From Anaeromyxobacteraceae bacterium (GTDB lineage: Bacteria; Myxococcota; Myxococcia; Myxococcales; Anaeromyxobacteraceae), in assembly GCA_047602405.1 (NCBI GenBank), contig JASGHJ010000002.1:1376001-1440000 (forward strand): DNA of 64,000 nt, given 5' to 3'. Below, piece after piece: positions 1 to 10,138 of the stretch. The notes under the pieces are model-generated. The model saw only the letters and a program-made list of their open reading frames with translations. It was not told where the DNA came from and ran no database searches. The translations under genes were made by a program, and so were the position numbers. The number at the start of each line of letters is the position of its first letter. Within the stretch, counting starts at the first letter, position 1.

Positions 1-55
1 CGATGACGCTCGCCGCCTGCCTCACGCTTCTTCTCCGTTCGGGGTCGCCTGCTAC

Positions 56-1882
56 GTGGCGCTGCTCAGCCGCCAGCTCGCGCGGGCCCCCGGCTGGAAG
101 GACCTGCGCCACTTCTCGGTGGCGGCGATCGCGTACGCGCTCTACGCGCTGCTCGATCTCCCCACCACCGCGCCGGTGCTCTCCGACCGCGCCGTCTGGT
201 ACGCCTCCCGCGTGCAGTTCGCGCTGCTGTCGCTGCACAGCTGGGCGTGGGTCCGCTACTCCGCCGCGGTGCTGGACGACTCGAGCCGCCGGGTCGAGCG
301 CTGGGCCGATCCCCTCCTGCTCGGGCTCGGGATCACGGGGCTCTTCACGCCGTGGTTCCTGCCGGGGGAGGTCGTGGTCACCGGCCTCGCCGCCTTCGGC
401 CTGCACTACCGCACCGCGGCCTCGAGCACGCTCGGCGGCGTCGCCTACGTCGTCGCGCTCGGCACGCTGGTCGTGCCGATCGTGCGGCTGCGCCGGGCGC
501 AGCGGCAGGGGCTGCCGAACGCCGGCCTCCAGGTGGGCGCGCTCGTGGTGCTGCTCGTGACCGGGCTGAACGACATCCTGGTCGTGGCGGGCGTCTACCA
601 GGCGCCCTACCTCGTGAGCGTCGCGTTCCTCCTCCCGATCACCGCGGTGGCGTACGCGCTCACCGAGCGCTTCATCGGCGACGCGAAAGCCCACGTCGAG
701 CTCCAGCGCGAGCTCGAGCGGCAGGTGAACGAGCGCACCGCGGAGCTCGGCCGCGCGCAGGACGCCCTCCACCGCGCGGAGAAGCTCGCGGCGCTGGGGC
801 AGTTCGCGGCCGGCGTGGCGCACGAGGTCAACAACCCCGCCGCGGTCATCGCCGCGAACCTGCAGTACCTGACCGCCAACGAGGCCGAGGTCCTCTCGTC
901 GTCGGGCAAGGACGCCGTCGACGAGTCGCTCCTCTCGGTGACCCGCATCAGCACCATCGTGCGCCAGCTGCTCGACGCGGGCCGGCTCGCGGCGGCCGCC
1001 GAGAGCGCCGGGAGCGTGCGGCTCCGCCCGCTGGGCGACCACGCGCTCTCGGTGGCGCGCGCCCGGTTCGGGCGGCGCGTCCTCGTCACGAACCGGATCC
1101 CGGAGGCGCTCCACGCGCTCGGCCAGGAGACGGTCATCGTGCAGGTGCTCGTGAACCTGATCGTGAACGCGGTGCAGGCGATCGAGCCCCACCGCACCGA
1201 CGGGCACGTCATCGCCTCCGCCGAGGCCGACGGCGATCGGGTCCGGCTCCTCGTCGAGGACAACGGCGCGGGCATGCCGCCGGAGGTGCTCCGGCGCGTG
1301 TTCGAGCCCTTCTTCACCACGAAGGCGTTCGGGGCCGGCACCGGCCTCGGCCTGGCGGTCTCCCGCGGCCTCATCGCCGGCATGGGCGGCGACCTGCGCC
1401 TCGAGAGCGAGGCGGGCAAGGGCACCCGCGCCACCGTGGAGCTGCCGCTCGCGGCGCCGGGCGACGTCGTCGCCGCGCCGCGCGCGGAGCCCGCCCGCGG
1501 CCCGCGGCTCACGATGCTCATCGTGGACGACGAGGCGACCGTGCTCACGTCGCTCCGGCGCCTGCTCGCGCCGGGGTACGAGCTCGACGTCGCGACGGGG
1601 GTCGACGAGGCGCTCGGGCTGCTCGGGCGCACCCGGTTCGACGTGGTGCTGTGCGACGTGATGATGCCCTCGGGAGGTGGGGAGCGGCTCTTCCGGACGC
1701 TGCTCGAGCGCGACCCCGCCGCGGCGCGGCGCGTCGTGTTCTTCACGGGCGGGGCGGTCACGGAGGCGGCGCGGGTGTTCCTGCGCAGCCAGCCCCAGCC
1801 GGTGCTCGAGAAGCCGCTCGACATCGCAGAGCTCGCCCGGGCCGCGGAGCGTCTCCGCACCCCGCAGGGCGACCTGCACTGA
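56..1882 (+). CDS. Membrane-bound hybrid sensor histidine kinase (multi-TM N-terminus, HisKA, HATPase_c, C-terminal receiver)
   Basis: H-box AHEVNNP, N-box NLIVNA, DNGAGM, FFTTK, GTGLGL; receiver LIVDD...LCDVMMP...KP. True start is probably ATG at 3 (MTLAACLTLL) with an indel near 30-45. Confidence 0.9.
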   Translation: MALLSRQLARAPGWKDLRHFSVAAIAYALYALLDLPTTAPVLSDRAVWYASRVQFALLSLHSWAWVRYSAAVLDDSSRRVERWADPLLLGLGITGLFTPWFLPGEVVVTGLAAFGLHYRTAASSTLGGVAYVVALGTLVVPIVRLRRAQRQGLPNAGLQVGALVVLLVTGLNDILVVAGVYQAPYLVSVAFLLPITAVAYALTERFIGDAKAHVELQRELERQVNERTAELGRAQDALHRAEKLAALGQFAAGVAHEVNNPAAVIAANLQYLTANEAEVLSSSGKDAVDESLLSVTRISTIVRQLLDAGRLAAAAESAGSVRLRPLGDHALSVARARFGRRVLVTNRIPEALHALGQETVIVQVLVNLIVNAVQAIEPHRTDGHVIASAEADGDRVRLLVEDNGAGMPPEVLRRVFEPFFTTKAFGAGTGLGLAVSRGLIAGMGGDLRLESEAGKGTRATVELPLAAPGDVVAAPRAEPARGPRLTMLIVDDEATVLTSLRRLLAPGYELDVATGVDEALGLLGRTRFDVVLCDVMMPSGGGERLFRTLLERDPAAARRVVFFTGGAVTEAARVFLRSQPQPVLEKPLDIAELARAAERLRTPQGDLH

Positions 1883-2016
1883 GTTCTCGGCCCTTAGTGC
1901 CTTGAAATTCCAGGAGTTTCACTCCTCGTGTCGGAGCGTCGAGGTACGTGTGGCTCGCACAGCCACCGTACCCTTCGGTACACGACCCGCGCTGGTGCAG
2001 CGAGGAGCAGCTCCAG

Positions 2017-3240
2017 ATGGACGTCTTCGAGAAGTGCATGGCGATCCCGCCGGGCGTGAAGCTGAAGAACGCGGGGTTCGACGCGTACTACCGCGTGCTG
2101 CAGTCGGCCCCGGACACCGAGGTGGTGGTCGACGGCCGGCGGATGATCATGCTCGGCTCCAACAACTACCTGGGGCTCGCCACCGACCCGCGCGTCAAGC
2201 GCGCCGCCGTCGAGGCGACGGAGCAGTGGGGCGCCGGCACCACCGGCTCCCGCGTCCTGAACGGCACCCTCGAGCTGCACGCCGACGTGGAGCGCAAGCT
2301 CGCGCGCTTCCTCCGGCGCGACGCGGCGCTCTTCTTCACGTCCGGCTACATGGCGAACCTGGGCGTGATCTCGTCGCTCGCCCACCGCGGCGAGTACGTG
2401 ATCGTCGACCGGCGCGCCCACGCGAGCATCCTCGACGGGTGCCGGCTCTCGCTCGCCGAGACGAAGCGGTTCCGGCACAACGACCCGGACGACCTGAGGC
2501 GCGTGCTCGACGCGTGCGGGGACGCCGGCAAGCTCGTGGCGATCGACGGCATCTACTCGATGGAGGGCGACATCGCCCCGCTGCCGCGCATCGTCGAGGC
2601 CTGCCGCGAGTTCGGCGCGCGCATCGTGCTCGACGACGCGCACGGCCTCGGCGTGCTGGGCCGGGACGGCCGCGGCACCGCCGAGCACTTCGGCCTCGAG
2701 GACCAGATCGACGTCGTGGTCGGCACGACCTCGAAGTCGCTCCCCGCCGTCGGCGGGTTCGCGGCCGGCGAGCAGGCGGTCATGGACTACCTGAAGTGGG
2801 GGCAGGTGAACCGGCCGCTCCTCTTCGCGGCGAGCCCGCCCGCCGGCGCCGTCGCGGCCGTGCGCGCGGCGCTCGAGATCCTGGAGCGGGAGCCGGACCT
2901 GCGCCGCCGGCTGTGGGACCACACCCGGCGCGTCCTGCACGCGGTGCGCACGATGGGCTTCGACGTCGGCCACACCGCCACGCCGATCCTCCCGATCAGG
3001 GTCGGCACGATGGAGACCACCTTCGAGATGTGGCGGCAGCTCTCGGAGGAGGGCGTGTTCGTGAACGTGGTGCTGCCGCCGGCGGTGCCGGCGGGCGGGT
3101 GCATCATCCGGATGACGCTCACCGCCGCCCTCTCGAGCGAGCAGATTGACCACGTCCTCGGCGCCCTCGAGCGCGTGGGCAAGCGGCTGGGGCTCATCGG
3201 CGGCGCCGCGCCCGTCGCGAGCGAGCGTAAGGCGGGGTAG
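2017..3240 (+). CDS. PLP-dependent alpha-oxoamine synthase, probable serine palmitoyltransferase (AONS/KBL/SPT family)
   Basis: GSNNYLGL, GTTGSRVLNGT, DGIYSMEGD, DDAHG, GTTSKSL (PLP Lys), PPAVP; RBS GAGGAG before ATG 2017. Confidence 0.8.
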   Translation: MDVFEKCMAIPPGVKLKNAGFDAYYRVLQSAPDTEVVVDGRRMIMLGSNNYLGLATDPRVKRAAVEATEQWGAGTTGSRVLNGTLELHADVERKLARFLRRDAALFFTSGYMANLGVISSLAHRGEYVIVDRRAHASILDGCRLSLAETKRFRHNDPDDLRRVLDACGDAGKLVAIDGIYSMEGDIAPLPRIVEACREFGARIVLDDAHGLGVLGRDGRGTAEHFGLEDQIDVVVGTTSKSLPAVGGFAAGEQAVMDYLKWGQVNRPLLFAASPPAGAVAAVRAALEILEREPDLRRRLWDHTRRVLHAVRTMGFDVGHTATPILPIRVGTMETTFEMWRQLSEEGVFVNVVLPPAVPAGGCIIRMTLTAALSSEQIDHVLGALERVGKRLGLIGGAAPVASERKAG

Positions 3241-3302
3241 GCGCTTCACCGGTTGTCGTGGATCAGGGCGCGCCCCCGCGCCGGGGGCGTAGCCTCGTCC
3301 CC

Positions 3303-4172
3303 ATGCGCCTCCCGATCCTCCTCGCCGCGGCCGCGCTCGCCTCCGCCGGCTGCGCGGCCCCCAGCTACGTCGGCCAGACCGGCCGCGTGACGCCGCGCCA
3401 CGCCTTCCGCGGCTCGGTCGGCGCCGGCTACCAGCTCTCCACCGGCGCCGCCTCGGTGGTGAAGGACGGCCGGGACCTCGCGAAGACGCTGAACGACAAG
3501 CGCCGGGCCTGCCCGGACCTGTCCGCCGCGGCCTGCTGGGACGCCGCCGACGTCGAGCCGGTCGTGGACGCGGCCTACCGGTTCGCGCTCGCCGCCCCGC
3601 TCTCCGCCTCGACCGAGGTGGGCCTGCGCTACGGGTTCGCCTCCGGCTTCGACGCGGGGCTGCGCTGGGGCCCGGCCGTGAAGGGGCTCGACGTGGGCTG
3701 GCAGCTCCACGGTCCCCGGGACGCGTCCGACGGCTGGGCCGGGACGGTCCTCCTCGGCTGGTCGAGCCGCAAGCTCGGGGCCCTCGGCACGGCCATCGAG
3801 GACGTGTTCCAGGGCGACGCCTCGCTCACCGACTACGCGCTCACCTACGTGACCGGGTTCGAGTACCGCGAGATTGCCCACGTCTACCTGGGCGGGCGCT
3901 TCCTCGCCTCCCGCTGGAAGGCCCAGATCATCCCCGACATCCCGATCGTCTACGACGGCGGGGAGGTCCAGGCCCGGCTCCTGGGCACGGACGCGAGCGG
4001 GGCCCTCGCGCACTGGGGCGGGTTCGGGGGCGTGGCCCTCGGGTACAAGCGGGTCTGGATCGGCGCCGAGCTCTCCCTCCTGTGGACCTCGGGCTCCGCG
4101 CGGATCATGTTCGAGGACCGCAGCGTGTCCGGCCTCGGCGTGATGCCCTCCGTGTTCCTGTACGCGCAGTAG
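3303..4172 (+). CDS. Hypothetical lipoprotein, possibly an outer-membrane beta-strand-rich protein
   Basis: Signal peptide with lipobox SAG-C; Gly/aromatic alternating strands; ends VFLYAQ. Confidence 0.65.
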   Translation: MRLPILLAAAALASAGCAAPSYVGQTGRVTPRHAFRGSVGAGYQLSTGAASVVKDGRDLAKTLNDKRRACPDLSAAACWDAADVEPVVDAAYRFALAAPLSASTEVGLRYGFASGFDAGLRWGPAVKGLDVGWQLHGPRDASDGWAGTVLLGWSSRKLGALGTAIEDVFQGDASLTDYALTYVTGFEYREIAHVYLGGRFLASRWKAQIIPDIPIVYDGGEVQARLLGTDASGALAHWGGFGGVALGYKRVWIGAELSLLWTSGSARIMFEDRSVSGLGVMPSVFLYAQ

Positions 4173-4181
4173 ACCGGCCGC

Positions 4182-4868
4182 TCAGCCACCCTGCACGCCG
4201 GCCCGGAGGCGCTTCACGGCGTCGGAGTGCAGCTGGCACACGCGCGGCTCGGAGACCTGGAGGATCTTCGCGATCTCCCGGTAGGTGAGCCCCTCGTCGT
4301 AGTAGAGCGCGAGCAGGATCTGCAGGCGCTCCGGCAGGGCCTGGATCGCCGTCGTCAGCACGCCGCGCAGCTTCGCCTGATCGAGCGCCTCGTCGGCGGG
4401 CACGGAGTCGGGCTGGGGGAGCTCCTCCGGCACCGGCATCGAGGGCTGGACGAGCGTCAGGACCTCGAAGACGTCCTCCAGCGGCAGGTTGAGCGCGCCG
4501 GCGATCTCCTCCGCGGCGGGCTCGCGGCCGAGGGCGTGCGAGAGCCGCGCGCGCTCGCGCTCGACCTTGTCGATGTCCGCGCGCAGGCGGCGGGGGAGGT
4601 GATCCATGCGGCGCATCTCGTCGAGCATCGCGCCGCGGATCCGGTGCTCCACGAAGGTCTCGAACTTCACGTCGCGCGTCGCGTCGTAGCGCCGCGCGGC
4701 CTCGATGAGCCCCATCGCGCCGGCCGACCACAGGTCGTCCGGGGCCACCGCCCGCCCGGTCCGCGCCGACAGCCTGCGGGCGCACCGGTCGAGCAGCGGC
4801 CCGTACCGCTGCACGAGCTCGCGCTCGGAGTCGGACCCTGCGGTCCCGTAGCGGAGCGCGCGGTTCAT
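4182..4868 (-). CDS. fliA: Flagellar sigma factor sigma-28 (FliA/WhiG)
   Basis: RIRGAMLDEMR, LTYREIAKILQVSEPRVCQLH; follows flhF-flhG. Confidence 0.93.
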   Translation of the reverse strand: MNRALRYGTAGSDSERELVQRYGPLLDRCARRLSARTGRAVAPDDLWSAGAMGLIEAARRYDATRDVKFETFVEHRIRGAMLDEMRRMDHLPRRLRADIDKVERERARLSHALGREPAAEEIAGALNLPLEDVFEVLTLVQPSMPVPEELPQPDSVPADEALDQAKLRGVLTTAIQALPERLQILLALYYDEGLTYREIAKILQVSEPRVCQLHSDAVKRLRAGVQGG

Positions 4869-5749
4869 GCGTCGGCCGGGGCCTCCCGCTCGCGCAGGAG
4901 CTGCTGCCAGAAGAGCTTCACGCCGCCGGGGAGGGTGCGGGGCGGCTTCGAGGCGAGGAGGGTCTCGGCGAGCGTCCCGAGCGCGCGGGCGGCGGGCGAG
5001 CGGGGGTAGAGGTCCACGAGGGGCTGCTGGACCTGCAGCGCGCGCTGGAGGTTCTCGTCGCGCGGCACGGAGCCGAGGTACGACAGGCGCGCGGAGAGGA
5101 ACCGCTCGGTCACCTGGGTCAGGCGGCGGAACACGTCGCGGCCCTGGAAGTCGGCGGCCTGGTTCGCGACCACCTGGAAGTGCGAGACGCCCGCCTGCTG
5201 GGAGAGGACCTTCACGGTCGCGTACGCGTCGGAGAGCGAGGTCGGCTCGGGCGAGACCACGAGCAGCGCCTCCTGCGAGGCCCCCGCGAAGAAGAGGACG
5301 TTGTCGCCGATGCCGGCCCCACAGTCGACGAAGACGAGGTCGAACCGGTCGTCGAGCGGATCGAAGGCCGAGACCAGCCGGAGCTTCTGCTCGTCGGTGA
5401 GCTGGGTGAGCTCCTGGATGCCGGAGGAGGCCGAGAGCACCCGCATGCCGTGCGGGCCGGGGGTGAGGACCTCGTCGGCGCTCGCGGCGCCGTCGAGCAG
5501 GTGGCCGAGGTGGTGGGTGGGCGAGAGGCCGAGCACGATGTCGGCGTTCGCGAGGCCGAGGTCGGCGTCGACGAGCAGGACGCGGCGCCCGGCGCGCGCG
5601 GCGAGGACGGCGAGGTTGGCGGCGACGTGCGTCTTGCCGACGCCGCCCTTGCCGCTCGTGACCGCGATCACGCGCAGGGGCGCCGGGGGCCTCCCCACCT
5701 TGTCACGGAGGCTCTGCGCCTGGTCCACCACGGTGCGGCTCCCTTCCAT
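4865..5749 (-). CDS. flhG: MinD-like flagellar number regulator FlhG/FleN
   Basis: N-terminal DQAQSLR, SGKGGVGKT, DADLGLAN, EPTSLSDAYA. Confidence 0.93.
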   Translation of the reverse strand: MEGSRTVVDQAQSLRDKVGRPPAPLRVIAVTSGKGGVGKTHVAANLAVLAARAGRRVLLVDADLGLANADIVLGLSPTHHLGHLLDGAASADEVLTPGPHGMRVLSASSGIQELTQLTDEQKLRLVSAFDPLDDRFDLVFVDCGAGIGDNVLFFAGASQEALLVVSPEPTSLSDAYATVKVLSQQAGVSHFQVVANQAADFQGRDVFRRLTQVTERFLSARLSYLGSVPRDENLQRALQVQQPLVDLYPRSPAARALGTLAETLLASKPPRTLPGGVKLFWQQLLREREAPADA

Positions 5750-5751
5750 GT

Positions 5752-6894
5752 TCACGCCGGCTCCCGGCCCGCCACGAGGTCCACGAGCTGCGGCCCGGTC
5801 AGGGCGTGCAGGTCCTCGGGGACGCGCTGGCCGTCGGCGACGCAGCTCACCGGCCGCTGCACCCGCGCCGACGCCGAGAGGATGCTGCCAGGTCCCGCGG
5901 CCTCGTCCACCTTCGTGACGATCAGCCGGTCGGGGGCGAGCTCGCGGTAGCGGTCGGCGACGGCCGCGAGCTCGTGCGCGCCGGTCGCGGCGGAGACGCA
6001 CAGGTGGAGCTGGACGCGGGGGACGGTGCGGACGAGCGCGGCCTGGCGCGCGACGTCCTCGGGCGCGGACCGGCCGGCGGTGTCGATGAGGACGAGGTCG
6101 GCGTCGTGCAGCCGCTCCATGGCGCGGCCGAGCTCGGCGCGGTCCCGGGCGACGAGCACCGGCACGTTCATGATCTCGCCGTAGCGGGCGAGCTGCTCGG
6201 TGGCGCCGATGCGGTAGGTGTCGAGGGTCACGAAGGCGACGCGCTTCTTCGTCTCGAGCAGCGCGCGCGCCGCGAGCTTCGCGAGGGTGGTGGTCTTGCC
6301 GACGCCGGTCGGGCCGACCGCCGCGAGGACGTGGCGCCCCTCGAGCAGCCAGGGGGCGCGGCAGGGCACGAGCCGCTCGCCCAGGAGATCCTTCACGGTC
6401 TCGAGCAGGCGCGCCGGCTCGGGCGGCACGGAGGCGAGGGCGGAGCGCACGAGGCCCTCGGCGAGGGTCGGCTCGACGCCCCGGCCGACGAGGCGGGCGT
6501 GGAGGGCGGCGCCGGCGGGGGGCAGCTGGAGGTCGCGGCCGGCCTGGGCCTCGCGGGTGACCTGGGCGAGGGCCTTGCGGGCCTCCTCGACGGAGCGGCG
6601 CAGCATGCGGAGCTCGTCGTGGAGGGGGTCGTCCGGGGGCCGGACCACCACCGGCGGGGGCGGCGGCGGCCGCGGTGTGGGTGCGGCGTCCACCTCCGGC
6701 GCCCGCGGCCGGGGGGCCGGCGGGGGCTCGGGGGCGAGGGCGGCCGTGATCTCGACCTCCGGCCGCCGGAAGAGCCCGCCGTCCACCGTGCGCGTCGACA
6801 CGATGACGGCCTCTGGGCCGAAGGCCGCCTTCACCGCCGCGAGGGCCGAGGCGGAATCGGGGGCTCGAAAGGTGCGCATCATCGGCTGCGTCAT
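5752..6894 (-). CDS. flhF: SRP-type GTPase FlhF
   Basis: GPTGVGKTTTLAKLAA, DTYRIGA, DTAGRS, TKVDE, GQRVPED. Confidence 0.95.
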   Translation of the reverse strand: MTQPMMRTFRAPDSASALAAVKAAFGPEAVIVSTRTVDGGLFRRPEVEITAALAPEPPPAPRPRAPEVDAAPTPRPPPPPPVVVRPPDDPLHDELRMLRRSVEEARKALAQVTREAQAGRDLQLPPAGAALHARLVGRGVEPTLAEGLVRSALASVPPEPARLLETVKDLLGERLVPCRAPWLLEGRHVLAAVGPTGVGKTTTLAKLAARALLETKKRVAFVTLDTYRIGATEQLARYGEIMNVPVLVARDRAELGRAMERLHDADLVLIDTAGRSAPEDVARQAALVRTVPRVQLHLCVSAATGAHELAAVADRYRELAPDRLIVTKVDEAAGPGSILSASARVQRPVSCVADGQRVPEDLHALTGPQLVDLVAGREPA

Positions 6895-6929
6895 CGGGTT
6901 GGCTCCGGGCTGCTCCGGGGGCTACCGAT

Positions 6930-6945
6930 TGCAAGGGCCCTGCCG
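6930..6945 (-). promoter_or_regulatory. sigma54 -24/-12 promoter upstream of flhF
   Basis: Minus strand CGGCAG-GGCCC-TTGCA. Confidence 0.7.
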
Positions 6946-6971
6946 CAGGTCCTTCTGACGGGGCCGCGGCG

Positions 6972-9056
6972 TCACGCCGCGAGGGCCCCCTGCGCCTGGA
7001 TGGTGCCCGCCGGCTCCACGGTGGTCCCGGGTACGAGCTCCCGGGCGGTCACCACGAGGACGTCGGGCACGAAGCGGCTCGCGAACTCGAACAGCGGCCG
7101 CCGGAGGTCGGGGGGCGCGAGCAGCACGACCGGCTGGCCCGCCGCGGCGAGCTGCGTCGCGCGGCCCTCGAGCGAGGCGACCAGGCGGCGGGCGGTCTCG
7201 ACGTCGGGCGCGAGCGCCGCCTCGCCGTCGGACGCGCCGAGGGTCTGCCGGAGGACCTCCTCGGTCGGGCGGTCGAGGGTGAGGGCCCGGATCGTGCCGT
7301 CGGGGCCCACCGCCCGGGCGGTGATGCTCCTCGCGAGCCGGCGGCGCGCCGACTCCACGAGGTAGCCCGTGTCCTTGGAGCGGGGCGCCGCGTCGGCCAC
7401 CGCCTCGAGCACCGTGCGGAGGTCGCGCACCGAGACGCCCTCGCGGAGCAGGCCGCGGACGACGCGGACGAGCTCGCCGAGCGTGAGGGTGCCGGGCACC
7501 ACGTCCTCCACGAGCTTCGGCGCCTCGCGCCCGAGCACGCCGATGAGCTCCTGCACCTCCTGGCGGCCGACGAGCTCGTGGGCGTTCCGGCGGAGCAGCT
7601 CGGAGACGTGGGTGGTGATGACCGAGGCGGCGTCGACGAGGGTGAGCCCCATGGCCTCGGCGCGGGGCCGGTCGGAGGGCGTGATCCAGATCGCCGGCAG
7701 GCCGAAGGCCGGGTCCATGCCGCGCAGGCCCTCGATGGCGGGCGCGTCGCCGCTCGGGTCGAGCGCCATGAGGCGGTCGAGGTGGGCGGTGCCCTTGCCG
7801 ATCTCGAGGCCGCGCAGGAGCAGGCGGTACCCGGTGCCCTCGAGGCGCAGGTTGTCGCGCAGGTGGACCGAGGGCAGGACGATGCCGAGGTCGGTCGCGA
7901 GCTGGCGCCGCAGCGCCGTGACGCGGCCGGGGAGCTCGCCGCCCTTGTCGAGGTCGATGAGGCCGACGAGCGAGAAGCCCACCTCGAGCTCGAGGGTGTC
8001 GAGGGCGAGGAGGTCCTGGACCCGCTCCGGCGCGCCCTTCTGGTCCTCGCGGGGCCGGACCGGCTGGGCGGCGGCGGCCTCCTGGGCGGCCTTCGCGCGG
8101 CGGGAGGCGAGGAGCATCGCGCCCGCCACCGAGGCGAACGCGAGGAGCGGCATCCCGGGGAGCAGGCCGATGGCGATCAGCACGATCGCGGAGGTGCGCA
8201 GGACGCCGGGCTTCCCGAACAGCTGGGTGCCGACCTGCGTGCCGAGGTCGGTGCCGGCGGCGCGGGTCACGACCACGCCGGCCGCGGTCGAGACGAGGAG
8301 GGCGGGGATTTGGGTGACGAGGCCGTCGCCGATGGTCAGGAGCGAGTAGGTCTCGGCGGCCTGGGCGAGCCCCATGTGATCGCGCAGGAGGCCGGCCACG
8401 AGCCCGCCCACCAGGTTGACGCCGGTGATGGCGAGGCCGGCCATCGCGTCGCCGCGGACGAACTTCGAGGCGCCGTCCATCGCGCCGAAGAACTCGGCCT
8501 CCCGCTCCAGCTCGCGGCGGCGGGTCTTCGCCTCGCGGTCGTCGATGGCGCCCGAGGCGAGGTCGGCGTCGATCGACATCTGCTTGCCGGGCATCGCGTC
8601 GAGGGTGAACCGGGCGGCGACCTCGGAGACGCGGTTCGAGCCCTTCGTGATGACCGAGAAGTTCACGATCATCAGGATGAGGAAGATGACGAGGCCCACC
8701 ACCAGGCTGCCGCCGACCGCGAACCGGCCGAAGGTCTCGATGAGGTGACCCGCCGCGCCGGTGCCCTCGCCGCCGTGCAGGAGGATGTTGCGGGTCGTCG
8801 CCACCGAGAGGGCGAGGCGGAACAGGGTGATGATGAGGAGGAGGGAGGGGAAGACCGAGAAGTCCATCGCGCGGGTGAGGCCGAGCGCGATGAGGAGCAT
8901 CAGCACCGACAGGCCGATGGAGAGGGTGAGGAAGACGTCCAGCCCGGCGGCCGGCACCGGGACGATCATGATCGCGACGGTGGCGAGCACCGCGAAGGCG
9001 ATCAGCATCTCGTTGCGGGCGGCGCTGGGCGCCTGCGGGGCGTTCGGCGTGCTCAT
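6972..9056 (-). CDS. flhA: Flagellar export protein FlhA
   Basis: FPSLLLIITLFRL, RVSEVAARFTLDAMPGKQMSIDADL, FFGAMDGASKFVRGDA; ATG overlaps flhB stop. Confidence 0.97.
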   Translation of the reverse strand: MSTPNAPQAPSAARNEMLIAFAVLATVAIMIVPVPAAGLDVFLTLSIGLSVLMLLIALGLTRAMDFSVFPSLLLIITLFRLALSVATTRNILLHGGEGTGAAGHLIETFGRFAVGGSLVVGLVIFLILMIVNFSVITKGSNRVSEVAARFTLDAMPGKQMSIDADLASGAIDDREAKTRRRELEREAEFFGAMDGASKFVRGDAMAGLAITGVNLVGGLVAGLLRDHMGLAQAAETYSLLTIGDGLVTQIPALLVSTAAGVVVTRAAGTDLGTQVGTQLFGKPGVLRTSAIVLIAIGLLPGMPLLAFASVAGAMLLASRRAKAAQEAAAAQPVRPREDQKGAPERVQDLLALDTLELEVGFSLVGLIDLDKGGELPGRVTALRRQLATDLGIVLPSVHLRDNLRLEGTGYRLLLRGLEIGKGTAHLDRLMALDPSGDAPAIEGLRGMDPAFGLPAIWITPSDRPRAEAMGLTLVDAASVITTHVSELLRRNAHELVGRQEVQELIGVLGREAPKLVEDVVPGTLTLGELVRVVRGLLREGVSVRDLRTVLEAVADAAPRSKDTGYLVESARRRLARSITARAVGPDGTIRALTLDRPTEEVLRQTLGASDGEAALAPDVETARRLVASLEGRATQLAAAGQPVVLLAPPDLRRPLFEFASRFVPDVLVVTARELVPGTTVEPAGTIQAQGALAA

Positions 9057-10123
9057 GCGGAGGCTCCTGCGCCGGGGCGACGGCCCGTGACGCGGTAGAC
9101 GAAGGCGAGGACGGCGGCGACCGCCTTGTAGGTCTGGGCGGGGATCTCGCGGCCGACCTTGACCTTCCGGTAGAGGAGGCGCGCGAGCGGGATGTCCTCG
9201 ACGATCGGGATCCCGTTCTCGCGGGCGAGCTCGCGCATGTACTCGGCGGCCTGCCCCTTGCCCTTGCAGGTGACGCGCGGCGCGCGGGCCTCGTCCTTGC
9301 GGTAGCGGATGGCGATGGCGATGTGCGTCGGGTTGACGACGAGCGCGTCCGCCCGCGGGACCTCCTTGCGGGCGAGGTTGCGGATGAACTCGCGGTGCTT
9401 CTTCTTGCGCTTGCCCTTGATGAGGGGGTCGCCCTCGTCCTCCCGGAACTCGCGCTTCGTCTCCTCCTTCGTCATCCGCATCTTCTTCGCGTAGCGCCAG
9501 CGCGACAGGGCGAGCTCGCCGATCGCGAGCACCACCGCGACGAGGAGCACCGGCCGGGCGACCGCGACGAGCAGGCGGACGATGGCGGAGAGCTGGTCGG
9601 GGAGGTCGGTGCGCAGCAGGGTGTCGAGCTGTGGGGCGTTGCGCTTCACCGCGCCCCACGCGACCCAGGCGATGAGCGTCACCTTCGAGGCCGCGAGCCC
9701 GACGTCGAGGAGGAACTCGGCCTTGAACATCCGGCCGAAGCTGGGGAGGTTGAAGACGCGCGAGAGGTCGGGGAAGACCCGCTCGCCCCAGAAGCCGCCC
9801 TTCGTCTGCACGATCGAGACGAGGACGGTGCCAAACGCCGCCGCCGCGCACACGCCCACCGCCGCGGCGACCGGCCGGACGGCGAGCTGGGGCAGATCCC
9901 CGAACGGCATCCGGTCCACCTGGCCCGCGACGCTCGCCATGAGCGCCGACAGGCCGCCGCGCAGGGTGCCCGCGAGCCCGAAGAGCGCGAGCAGCCCGCA
10001 GCCGAGCCCGGCGACCACGACGATGTCGTGGCCCATCGGGATCGAGCCCTCCTCCCAGGCGCGCCCGAGCCGTTGCCCGCTCGCGGGTTCGGTCTTCTGT
10101 TCCTGGTCGACCTCTTCGTCCAT
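9053..10123 (-). CDS. flhB: Flagellar export switch protein FlhB
   Basis: KTEP N-terminus, EDEGDP, NPTH autocleavage motif. Confidence 0.96.
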   Translation of the reverse strand: MDEEVDQEQKTEPASGQRLGRAWEEGSIPMGHDIVVVAGLGCGLLALFGLAGTLRGGLSALMASVAGQVDRMPFGDLPQLAVRPVAAAVGVCAAAAFGTVLVSIVQTKGGFWGERVFPDLSRVFNLPSFGRMFKAEFLLDVGLAASKVTLIAWVAWGAVKRNAPQLDTLLRTDLPDQLSAIVRLLVAVARPVLLVAVVLAIGELALSRWRYAKKMRMTKEETKREFREDEGDPLIKGKRKKKHREFIRNLARKEVPRADALVVNPTHIAIAIRYRKDEARAPRVTCKGKGQAAEYMRELARENGIPIVEDIPLARLLYRKVKVGREIPAQTYKAVAAVLAFVYRVTGRRPGAGASA

Positions 10124-10138
10124 GCCCGCTGGCTCCGG

